64,000 nt of DNA, from positions 26,278,213-26,342,212 of the forward strand of contig OZ234493.1 of NCBI GenBank assembly GCA_965153455.1. The letters run 5' to 3'. Shown piece by piece: positions 11,978 to 23,984 of this stretch. The DNA comes from Sphagnum compactum. Taxonomy: Eukaryota. A program made the position numbers and the translations under genes. The notes under the pieces were generated by a model that ran no database searches, was not told the origin of the DNA, and saw nothing but the letters and a program-made list of their open reading frames with translations. Numbering within the stretch: position 1 is the first letter of the stretch; the number at the start of each line of letters is the position of its first letter.

Positions 11978-14976
11978 TTAACCTACATGAACCCACTGGG
12001 CCTGGCTTGGAATGCCATCTGACACCGCGAAAAGCATGTAGTAGCCTGAGGGAGCAATCACAGAACTGGGTGGTGCAGTAGTAGCCACTGTGTATGAACC
12101 CCCTCCCACATCAGCTGGGACTGCGGTCTCAAGCTGTAACAGCCTTTGCCCCTGCAACAAGGTTTACATCAGTTGAATAAAAATTTGTAAGAGCATCAAC
12201 CCAAGGATCAGATGCACAGTTTGTGCAATTTAAGGGCGTAAATTATAGTGGATGCAAACTGCAAAGTTTGCACCAATTTGGAACCTGGATCCATCCAGTC
12301 TGGGGAAGAGCTTGAGGAGACTAGAGATTATAGAGTCCACGGAAAGCACTAAAAAAATCATGTAACCATAGACTTGCAACTCAAAGAAGTCAGCTCGTAT
12401 AATCCGGGGATGGAAAATTTCTGTCTAATAAGCCTCTATGAGTAAATTGAAGATTGACTACAATCGAATGGTCACGCCCCTTACCCCCAAAAAAAGCATT
12501 GATTATGAGTGATTATGATCGGAAGATTATATGTCACATAGCATGGTCAAGAAAAAGGACATAATCTGCCTGATTGATTATAACTAGACGTCAGAATTGA
12601 ACCGGGCGTGCAGAATTGATGAGTACCTGGGCGAAGGAGTGAGTCGTATACGGAGCGCTCAGTAGATTCAGGTCAATAAATTCCGCATTACCGTTGTTGA
12701 TTGTGGCTGTAAAGGCCGCACCATATTCCAATTCTGCCGGAGCGTTGGCGATGACCGGCCCGGCACCGTTGCCAAGGTAAGGTGGAGAGAATCGCTCGAT
12801 TCTCAACTCCGTCGGCAGATAGCCAGTCAAGGTGTAGAACTGGTGCGTGTTGCTGCCGGCAACCAGCACACTGGCGTCGGGCAAGACGTTAGCGGTAGAG
12901 TGGTAGACGCGAGGAATGTCAGTGGCCCCTAGGGTTTGGAATCGAGTACCGGCGGCGCCATTGGGATTGTACAACACTGGCGTTAGCACGGGGTTCTGTG
13001 CATTTCCCCATCCCTGTGCACCATTGGCAGCACCGTTGACGATGAGCACGTTACGGTCAGGTAAGAGCAACATGTCGCCCATGTTGCGTTGCAAGGGCAT
13101 GTTCTCCAGTGCCCAGGCCGGATTTGCGACCAAGGGTGAAATTCGTCCGCATGATAGTGTCGCGGGCATGGCGGCTCCGGGGTTGAGGAATGCACCGTAT
13201 GTCGCTCCGCCGCAAATCAGAACCTCTGTATCTGTCCATCCGTTGAAACCCGACAATGGCAGCAACACTGAGCTTCCAGCTGACGGATAGTTTCTAGGCC
13301 CACCGGTGAGTGTAGGGAGGTTGGTAGCCACGGTGTTGGACTGCCAATCGTAGAGAATAGAATCCTGATTAGCAAAGATGAAGAGCTGATTGTTGGGTAG
13401 CAAATGCACGTAAGGGTACAAGTTGTCGTTTTGAGCATCGTTTGCCTGCAGTGCCCACATCCCCATACAAGTATCAGAATCACAGTAGAGCTCAGTTCAC
13501 AAACTCTCAGTTCACTAGTGAGAATCCCAGTGTGTTGTTTTCCAAATTTGTGAGGTAGCTGGGTTAGCGATCATCCACAAGTCCAGGACTTCGCAAAAAT
13601 TGGCTACATGTCAGAGAGGACAGTAGAAATGTTTAGGTTTGACTGTGAGACTAATCTCTCAAGTGAAAAACACGAGGAACAGGAACCAGAGGAACGTCGT
13701 TGTAATTACATTCGAAATTAGAGGAAGATATGTGGTGCCTCGGCCGTTGGCTGGCACATACTCCACAGTTGAAATGCCGCGTCCGCCGACGACGGCTTGG
13801 GTACCGTCCGGCAGTTGTGCGTTGGTGGCGTACCATCGTCCGTTCTGCAATGGGACGTCTGTCTCTACCCAGTTGCAGTCACCATCTCCTCCGCATGCAT
13901 CGAAAGTCCTGATCTGTGGATCACATCACACAAGCACGAATTGCAGCTGAAAGTCTGTTCTGTTCTCAGGCCACCAATTGTTCATGGGCCTGCAATTCAC
14001 ATAGGTTGCTCAAGGATGTCTAGTGCAACAATTTCAAGGCTACAAATCTCGGATCATTGCAAATTTTTCTTCTCTAAACTGTGACTATTGATCTTATTCC
14101 TTGACGTTTGAAGCAACGAATTTTCCCTAGTGAAGTCTAGAGAGACAAAATCGGAGATCCGACAGGGAGGGAGCTCCCTGGACTCTCCAGTTCGCTGCTC
14201 AAAATTTTGGGGGGAGGGAAAAAAATTACCTTGGAAAATCCATCGTTGTCTCCACCCGTTTGTACGAGTGTGCCGTCGGCGTTGAACTGTCCCGAGGAAC
14301 ACCAGGTGTCGGTTTGAATAAAGAGAGGCCTAATGGTGTTGGTACCGAGGTCGAGGACGGCAGAGTGAGCTGTGCAGTCGTATGTTGAGCTCTGCTTTCA
14401 CAACCAAGACATGTTGCAGAATTCGGCACTTCGTTAGAAATTTCTAGAACTACCCGATGATCCTTCAGCTTAAAATTCGGAATAAAGATTGAAAGAACGG
14501 ATTGGATATATGCAAAAGGAACTCAGGATTTGAACTTCCCATATGTACTGAGATCATCGTGGGTCATATTCGTTGAGAGAGAGAGTGTGTCAAGCTACCA
14601 AACACTAGAACTCACAACGCAAAGAATTGATCAAGACTAGCAAATTATAGCTAGAATCTTAAAATTCAACGGAAGTCCCGCTTGCCTCGTCATTGGGATC
14701 GTTGCGACAAACGCCATCGGGTAAGGGAAGCTGCGAAGGTCCGATGTCAGTTCTGTCCAGCAACACAGCAGTATTGAAACGCGTAACCGCCGTGTGCATG
14801 GACGCGATACCCGCATTATCCACAATAACCTCCCATGCTCCTTGTGCCTCCACCACTTGCAGCTGCAGACCCGACAGAAGCAACGACACCATGAATTGAA
14901 ACCCCAATAAGCAGCTCAACGCCGTGAAGCTACTACCCATCAGCCCACCTGAGCTCCAAGTAGTTCTGGAACCCAT
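11978..14976 (-). CDS. GLOX: Glyoxal oxidase / galactose oxidase-like copper radical oxidase (CAZy AA5), secreted, 549 aa; exons 14976-14686, 14391-14230, 13913-13710, 13445-12627, 12151-11978
   Basis: Five phase-0 exons splice in frame (97+54+68+273+57 codons). Hydrophobic signal-like N-terminus, then GIASMH, CRNDPND..DCTAHS, DTWCSSG (Cys of the Tyr-Cys cofactor), GRWYAT (Tyr), NLYPYVHLLP, PRNYPSAG, PRVYHS (Tyr/His Cu ligands), TTHSF (His ligand) and a C-terminal APSGYYMLF domain. Introns 2-4 are GT-AG; intron 1 is GC-AG. Confidence 0.95.
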
Positions 14977-15238
14977 AGCTCAGCTGTAGGTAATTCTCGA
15001 AGAACTACTTCCCCTTTGTAATAACAACACTGGGTGGTCGCCTTCTTCGACAGCAGCTCACCACTAATTGCAGCACCACCACCACCAATACGTCTGAATT
15101 CAACTAAACTTTTCTCTCATCAAATGAGAATGTACAGTTTGCAAAAAGAGTAGAAGAATTTCCTTGTGACCCACAGAATTGCAAGAATTAGCTCAGAGCA
15201 GCTTACTCTCTCACGTCCTGATGATGTCTGGAGACTAG

Positions 15239-15247
15239 ATATATAAG
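15239..15247 (-). promoter_or_regulatory. Candidate TATA box of the glyoxal oxidase gene
   Basis: TATATAT on the minus strand ~265 bp upstream of the ATG. Position-based only. Confidence 0.4.
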
Positions 15248-18200
15248 AGATGGTAGAACTGGTGAGTCTAGTGGATTGCTGCTGCTCTTGCTACTGCTCT
15301 TGCTGGTGACAGTGGCTGCTATGAGACTGCCATGAGACTGATCCTGGGTTTGGCAGCCTACAAATAGTCCCACAAGCTACAACCAGTTCAAAGGGAGTGT
15401 GCAGGTCTAGTGGGGTACCACCAGCAGCACCACACTAGTCCACAAGCGTTTGCCCACTTTTTTTTACTTTTTTTTTTTTTGCTGCAAGTCAAAAGGGTAA
15501 GTGAAGCAAAAGGCCAAAAAGGAAATCCACTCCATTGAAGTGTTGTTGTCGCTGTTGATCCGGACAGTTTTGGTGGAACCCCTTGAATGATTTTTAAGAA
15601 AAACTCTCAATTTTCCTCACCCAACAAACAAGAAACCAGCTCAGGAGTTGCAGCTTGCAAATTTAGGTACACCCACAATTGTTTTTTGGGGCACTGGGGT
15701 AGTTTACTGCCCTCTCACCCAACAAAAGCTTGGTCTACTAGGTTACCCATGATGATGATTTCACAAGTTATCATGCATGTGTGCATGTGATGGAGCTCAA
15801 TATGTGCCCATGATGTCAAACTAGGACATTTTGGTTAAATCATAGTGAAACATTTCTGCACGCATACATGAACTTGCAAAATTGTTCAAACAATTTTTTT
15901 GGAGGGGCAAGGGAGGGGGGGGGCAGGGGGTGGTGAGGGTGTGGGAAGGGTTGGCTATTTGGATTACCTTACCCTAGGGTCAGTTTTGTCATTAAATAAT
16001 CCTTAAAATAGTGAAACAAATTTTCATGAAATATGAAGCTGAGATGTTGATAACCATCATAATTATTGCAGGCTAAAATCTGAATAATTTCACCACTAAT
16101 ATGACATTATCATAGTAGATCATGAAATAATAATATTTTCAAATTTAAGAAACTGGAAATTTTTTTTTTTGAAAATTTTGATTATTCATTTTGTCAATGT
16201 GGAAGCCAACTGTGGCTATGGGTATAATTTACTTTGCATGGGTCTTAATCATCAAGATTAGCCATCTAATATTCTTGTTTAACACAGAAAATGTTTTGTA
16301 GAAGACTTATAACACTAGGTGGGTACTAGTAGTTTAAAGAAAACTAGTAAGTTTGGAATTGCTTTTCAATCTTTGAGATTGATTCCAAAACTAGGAGTGC
16401 AATGAATTTATGGATGAATCTCCTACTAGGAAGATGAAGTTAAGTGTTTGGCTCATGAATGAGATTACAGCCATTTCGTTTTAGGTCTAATAACGCTTGA
16501 GATGTGGGCTAGTGGATGTACATCAAGTGAATTGTTTTTGTTCTGAAAGATTGATTTTACCCATATGAATCAATGATGCTTTGACATTCTAACCTACCAT
16601 TTGTTGGTTGCTAGAGCTAAGTTTTTGCATTCTCATATGTTGCAAATTGGACCGAATTTTAGTTCTACCCAAGGAAAAACTATGGAATGAAAAACATTGC
16701 AAAGAGGTTTGGGGTGCCTGCAAAGGGGAAGTAGCCCGTGTAGACAGTAGAGACACAAATTAATGTGACAACAATTATTGCAGTAATCATATGCATTGTG
16801 ATGACATGTATATTCACTTTGGTGATGGTTGGGTGTGTAATACAACACACCCAGGATATTGTACATGTGCCACAAAATGATTAAATTGGTAGAAGGAACA
16901 AAAGCATTATGACTATCCAAAACTCCAACAATCCAAAGTACTATGAGATTTCATCCCATGAGTTTCAATGCATTGAAGGCATAATTTATGGCTATTCCTC
17001 AGATGGTGATTGAGAGTTCTTATTAAGTTATATAGTTGTCTGGTAGTTGGTCACACTTGATAATTGGTCAAATTTCCATTGCAACACTTGGCAAATTCAC
17101 GTAATTGGCCATATCATGCAATAGGTCCAAAAAACAGTTGTTGTATTTAATTCTTATTACTTATTTATACTTTTAATGCCCAAAGTATAACTACCCAACT
17201 TATAATTCTTCTTTATCTTGAGATTCCAATGAAACACTTTTCGCATCCATTTCATGTCCACGATATTCTCTTGTCTAGAGCCAACCAGCCTACCATGAAA
17301 ATTTCAATGTGCTCAATTTTTAGTGTGTGGGAGTGATCAAAAGTTATCAGGACTTTTAGTAGTAAATCATCTAAATTAGCACACCCTGCAGAAGATACAC
17401 ATAGTGTTGAAGATGAACTTCAAGTATGGTAGTTCCCTTGAATGTAATGTGTATGCAATAAGATTGCAAACACAATTGCAAACCAACATTCAACATGTTT
17501 TGTCTTTGTTTTGTCCAGGTTCCCATAGTCATCTCTCAAGGTGACCAGGCTCCAAGGTGAACAAGTTTGACATTTGGGGAATCCTAAACAAATAGACAAA
17601 GCAAGGAAGCAAAAGACTACAGGAGCAAGAGCATACAGTTCACCTGATTCCAGACTGTCCCAAACACTGAGGCCAGGGCTACTTGGAACTTTTTCCCCTT
17701 CATTTTTCATCAATAGCTTGTGTTTTTGAGAGGTAGAAAGGAAGGACACAACATAAAGTCACATAGACACGTGCAGTGTGAAGCCCAATTTTATTTTTGA
17801 GAGTTGGATTTTCCTTCTCTAATCCAAAACTTCTATCATAGCAGCACTGTTCTTTTAGATAAATTTTGGATGTAGCGAAGGTGGTGATCCATGAAAAGGT
17901 TTGGCCAAGTTTGGCTACAAATCAATAATTATGAAAGTGACAAAAATTTGAGCATTCTTCTATATCATTGTCTACCTACTGGAGCATTATATAAATATGG
18001 GGCAATTTTCTGAGTTTATAGCAATAGAAAAAAACACAAAACCCACTTTCTCCTGATTTTTCCTTAAAAATCACTAAAAACAAATTTGGTCATAGCTTGA
18101 GATGTTACTTCTAGATGGAACATTTTGCAACAACACACTTCAAACTTTGAAGCATGTAGATTGTTGGACACAGTGTAGCCCCCATCCACCATAGATTTGT

Positions 18201-21200
18201 CTAGGGGCTGGGGGGATTCCAGGAGGCATGGCTTGCATTTGAAGTCTTCTTGTCTTTAAAAGACAGGGTCCTAATCCTTCTAATTCATGCCAAAAAAAAA
18301 GGTTTGTGCTTCAAATCTGTAAAGCAATAATCCAATGAATCCTTTGATCAAAAGGGCACTCTTAAAAAGGTTCCTTCAGAGAAAACAGCAAATGTATATA
18401 CACATTTTTACATAGTTTATGGTACATGATGGCAGTTAGTGTGCAAAATTTCTTTGTGATTTTGTTTGGTTTTTTGTGAAGAGCAAGTTTCAGTCAAACC
18501 TTCACTTTGAGAGACAAGATTCAAAGTAGCCTTAAAACTGTAAAAGGCCAACCTTTGCCCTTGAAATCTAAGGCGTGCCAGCACAGAAGTAACGAAGACC
18601 CAAGATAGACCAAGAAAAGTTCCCTAATTCTCACCCACCATCGTGAATAGCAAGTCCCAAATCAAGCCAACAAGTTTATTCCTTGCGGAGTAGAGTTACT
18701 CAGTCACCCAGATGCCACATTTTCAATCATGCTTTGAGTTGTTGCAATTCCAACAACAAGCTCACTACAGACCATATAAACATTGTTTTGCTCGTGAATT
18801 AACTCATGGACCTTGGATACGTGGGTTACATATGTGCACCATGTAACCCACCAGTGCACCATCCATTGGAAACCCATTATGAACTAGGTAACCTGTTAAA
18901 GGCTGCTGGTTACCAGAAATAGCCAAGGCATAGGAGCACCAAGGCTACTACTATATTCAGTAACCAGCAGTCTCTCACCAATCACCTAATGTGGTCAGCA
19001 TTCTTTACATCCAAAACCTGCTCAGCAGGTGGATGCAGATCAGTTTTCATCTATAACAGAATGTATATGGAAGAAGTTTTCATCCACACACAGAATGAGA
19101 TATTCCTGCCTAATATGCAATCTAACTGGGAATGGAGTTCCAATCAGGAAGAACCATGTCAGCAAGTCAGCATCTAAAGCTCATTGACTCAATTGTGGAT
19201 AAACTACAAATGAGTTTGCAAGGTGGATTGATTCCACCTTTGTAACTATGGCAGGTAAATGCACCCACTTTCTCCTTAGACTATTTAAGGACTGGGATTC
19301 TGTAAACAGGACTGGCAAAAGATGTTCTACAAGAGAACTAAGAAAGACCCAACATACACGTCAAAGGAAAAAGTTGAACATCTACCTAACCATCTTTGTG
19401 TAACCTACAAACAACAACTATGCTTCTCATACTATCTCAGAATATTTGATGAATTTGAGTCATGTTGAGAGCCAGTTGGAACAAATCCAAACAACCATCA
19501 CAATATTAGGTACGAATTTTGGAAATCCCCAAAAACATTTTTTTCATCCACTCGCACAGGTTTGTTTCAACAGGTTTAAGTACTTTAATAAACTTTTTGT
19601 TTCTGGACCCTTTTTCCCCCAATTCAAATGTAAGTTGTTGAAGAAGTCTGCCTGGAGGCTGAAGTCAGCAGTCTGGTTCCCTTCTTATGGGTGGGTTTGG
19701 AAAAAGGAAAATAACTTGACTTGGATGTGAGAAATGTTTTTGCAGGGTTGTATGGGTCGCATACTGAGAACCCCTGGAGATGCTCAAAGTATCATGTTCT
19801 TTCTTTTGGTGTATTTAATGTCAAATGCTGTAAAATGGGAATATGTGGCTCATACTAGAAATCACTAAAACCACAACAAACTCTTGCACCCAAATGCTGG
19901 CCTTGTCAACCCTAGAATGGTGAGAATGTAACTTCACCCTTTTTTAACACCCATCTCGATACAAAATTTTGGATTTCTCAAAGGAGCACCACATTAAAGA
20001 TATCCTTAAAGCGACCCTGTTTTCGGTCGGCCCTTCTTTCATCCCCTGACCCCTCTTTCAACCTTTAAAAGCATTGTTATCTGCAAAACAGTGAAATTTT
20101 ATTCAACATGGATATAATAAACTGTTGAAAATCAAGATTAAATGCATGAGTGAGGTCCCAAAGTATTTATAGCTGCAGTACACATAACAACAGCAGTGAT
20201 TGGTTGAAGGCAATCACGAGAAAAATCAGGGGGAAAAAAGACAGGGTGAAACTCAAATTTGGTACCAGGAAACCCAGATTTGGCCAAATTTGGTGCTAAT
20301 CTGAGTTTGAATCCTGTTGAAGCCCAGTGTACATTTTTCATTGGGTTTTAGAAATCTCACCTGCTTTATGACCAAACAAGGGATAGATATTGGTGCTGTG
20401 TTTTCCTTACTTTGCTGATATCTCTATTGTATCAAAATTGTGTGATATAAGTAGAGTGCGAGTTTTTTGGACAACGTGAATTTGTGGCCTTGCTTTGAGG
20501 GATTTCTTAAAGCAATGTGTTTATGTTCACCAACAACTGCCAGATTGTGCAAAATACATACAATGAAAGGAAAGGGAATGTTGAGTGAAATATATGGAGT
20601 TAGGCAAACCGGTGCTAAAAAGAGAGAGAGAGAGAGAGATTTGCTGAACATTGGACCAGTCCTCAAGCCCACTCCACCTTGAAATTGAAGAAACCCAGGT
20701 GACCTAGTCATCCTCAAGTCTTCAACCCTGGCATAGCAAATGGGTTTCAAAATCCTAGCCAGATAACTGCAAGGATCCTGAAAAATTGAGGTATACACAA
20801 AGTCAAAAACAGCCTTCAAGTTATCTTGGATATTCTAGAATAGAGTATGCCATTGAACTGAACTGTATTCTGTTTTGTGAATTTACTGTAGATTTAAAGA
20901 CCTCCGCTGAGCACCCTTTGTTACTCTAAGGACACTGACAAAGGTGGTGAAAAAGAAACATCCACACAACTTCAAAGGCAACAAAGCTGATGATGTATCA
21001 AAGGTTGGAATTTTTGTGATTTCATAATGCGGCATCACACTCTTATCATCCCACCATTCAATACAAGTGCGGTGGACACACACATGTAAATTGTTCAAAA
21101 AATTCGTGGAGTTGAATTCCTTGTGGTCATAAACTAGCAACAACTATCTGGTAGGTTAGGCACCTTGAACATGAAGCTTCCGGTGTCACTTGCCACACTC

Positions 21201-21737
21201 GGTCCAACCTAACTACAACTTTATGGTAGCAGCACACTACAAAATGCATATATCACTCTTTCTGTTGCACAAGTTATTCTGCACACTTTTCAGACCAAAT
21301 GCTCGTAGCTACAGGTGCTTCCCAAGGGGCTTCTTCTGTCCAGACTTTCTTTGCTCTAAAGAGAAAATTGCTTTACAATGGAGATGCTTTGGACACTTTG
21401 CAGCAGCAAAATATTTCACCATACTCATGACACCGATCACTATTCTTCCAATTCGAATGAAAGGCCACCATCACAAACAGAGTGGATGATTGGGTTGGGT
21501 GGAGATTTGGAAATCGTCTTCTCTTTTTATTTGTTAGAATTCGTGGAATTCAATTTTTCCAACATCGAAATTCTGAAAAAAATTGAAAAAAAAAATCGTT
21601 CTTTTTTTTTTGGGGGGGGGGCTCTCTACTCTCTTTGATATTTGGGTTTGGAGGTAGTAAATGAGATTAAGAGAATTTCAGAATGTATATTTAAGAATTT
21701 GATTTATTTTCATTTTGTGTGCTATGTACCACTAACA

Positions 21738-21774
<37 letters not shown>
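21738..21774. repeat. (GA)n microsatellite
   Basis: Uninterrupted AG dinucleotide run; a shorter run is at 20621-20639. Confidence 0.95.
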
Positions 21775-21778
<4 letters not shown>

Positions 21779-23612
21779 TGGGCATCAACAGGATCAAGAT
21801 GTCCCAAATGCCAATGTTGTATCTATTACCTTTGTTTTAGGTTAATTGACACATGTAAAAGATCCTATAAATTTGAATGGTATCTCATGGTAAATAATTA
21901 CAAAACTATAACAAAATGTATATGACCAAAAAATGGTTTTTTTTTTTTGGTTTTTTTTGTAACAAATGAAAAAATCCATTGCAAAAAGGAAAGAACACAA
22001 AAATGAATCTTTTGATGACTAAAATGATGGATTGACATATTGATAGCTAGTTGCACAATCATCATCACAACACCAAACATCTTATTTTCTTTGGATTTGG
22101 GCTGTATATTGAAGGTGACGGTGTATAACAAAGATACCCAATATTTGGATTTTTCAATCAGTTTTCTTCTGGTGGGCCAAATACTCTATGTAATCCACTA
22201 TTTCATCCCATTTTAATCTATTGACGTATAGAGTGACCTCATCAATTATGTGCTCATAATAACAGCCCAATATCTCTAATGGATAAAACCATAATGCACA
22301 ATGTATTTATTGTTTACCCAATCTTTTACCTCCCACCCTATTCAATTAGAACCCTTTGTCGGGGACCTAATTTGCATAGGTTGTTCACAATTTGACAACA
22401 ATGGCATATTAACATACTAAGCCTTCTTGAGCAGGCTTGTTGTACAACAAGCAAATATGAACACAAGGGTTTGCATTTCAATTGTTTGCACCGTGTTATT
22501 GATAGTGCCAAAAACCTATATACCTTGCATTTTGCCGTGCATTTGGTTTCAATACATTTCTGAGGTATTGGTGATTAACTAATAAGTATCTTTGCTTCTT
22601 TTTTTTGCACAAATTACCTTGAACAAGATTGTTACATTATATCATCAGAAACTCTTCATATTATGCTACCATTTGCCATTATTTTCATTGACTACATTCC
22701 TAAACATTGTTATCTTATTTTTGTTAATATTTATGTTACGGTGTATTTAACATCATGTGCTTATGTTTATGATACTGGTTGCAAAACTAATTGTCATTCT
22801 CCTCTTGCCAATGTGCTATATTTTGTACACATAATACACAATGCTCCAATGTTTTCTATTTTTTAATCCAACATATATTTGATTATAGATCATCATAGGG
22901 TAAATGGTAATATTTACACCTATCCCCCTACTGTTTGCAAAGTAAAAACATGGCCAATTTATGTTTAACCTTGCCTAGATGGACAATTTTGTAAAACCTA
23001 TATATTGTTATCCTTAATTGCATTGAATTTTTGGGGTGCCTATAAATATATGCAAGTAATGTTTTGCTATTTTTTATTTAACTATACATGGATGTTATGT
23101 TACAAAATACATATACGCACCCAACACATGGACGTTCCTTTACCAAAATGAGAAGTTCCAATAAATTTAACTCCACATAAAGCCCACTTGAGTTACGTAA
23201 CCAAAAAAAATCTGGGTAAAAGTCAATTGGGAACTATGTCAAAGGTAGTTGTCCATAAAAAATGAGGATAAAGTACTAAGTCTGAATTTTATTGAAAGGA
23301 ATAATAAAATAAAATAAAATAAAAATCAGAAGACAAGGTAAAAGGCAGCCTCTGTTCAAACTTGCATGGAGAAGCAAACATACCATAGTACCTTTGGCAG
23401 CTTCAACTCTAATTATATTATTTTTGTAGAAATGTTGAGAATATTCAAACTTTTGGTTTCAAAGAAATTTTTGTGTGTGAAGGGAAATAAAGAATATTCT
23501 GAAATAATCTATTCCCGACATGGCATCTTCAAAATTAGTTAATTAATTAATTAATTATTCACCAGACATGTGTTGAAGCTACCCATGTATTAGAGTAATT
23601 GTTTACAGTTAA

Positions 23613-23984
23613 GAGCATCTCCAGCGGTGCTCAGTATATGACCCTGCGAAAATATTTTTCACATCCAAGTTTAGTTATGTACTCTTTTGCAACCCCACCC
23701 AAAACACTGAACTAGGACAGCAAATCATTGGGAGACTACTAATAGCAAACCACCTGGACCAATCATTATGATGGGCCAATCCGAAACACTGAGTAGCAGT
23801 TAGATCATATTTATTACACTGTTTTCTGTAGGTGCACAGCGGTGCTGCGCCCTTCACCAACCATGGCAACATGCACAATTATGCAGAGCCAAAACCAATT
23901 TCCTGAGCTAAACCGGCATACGTCCATTTTCTTCATCCAACTGTACCGTCAAGAATCACATACCGAGCACCACGGGGGATGCTC
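23613..23984. mobile_element. Tourist/PIF-Harbinger-like MITE, 372 bp
   Basis: TIRs gagcatctccagcggtgctcagtat and (rc) gagcatcccccgtggtgctcggtat, flanked by TAA / CAA. Partial family members at ~19700-19785 and ~41600-41722 (phytoglobin intron 4). Confidence 0.8.

Noticed and set aside
12916..14899. Plus-strand and alternative-frame ORFs overlapping GLOX
   Set aside because: Shadow ORFs of GC-rich coding exons.
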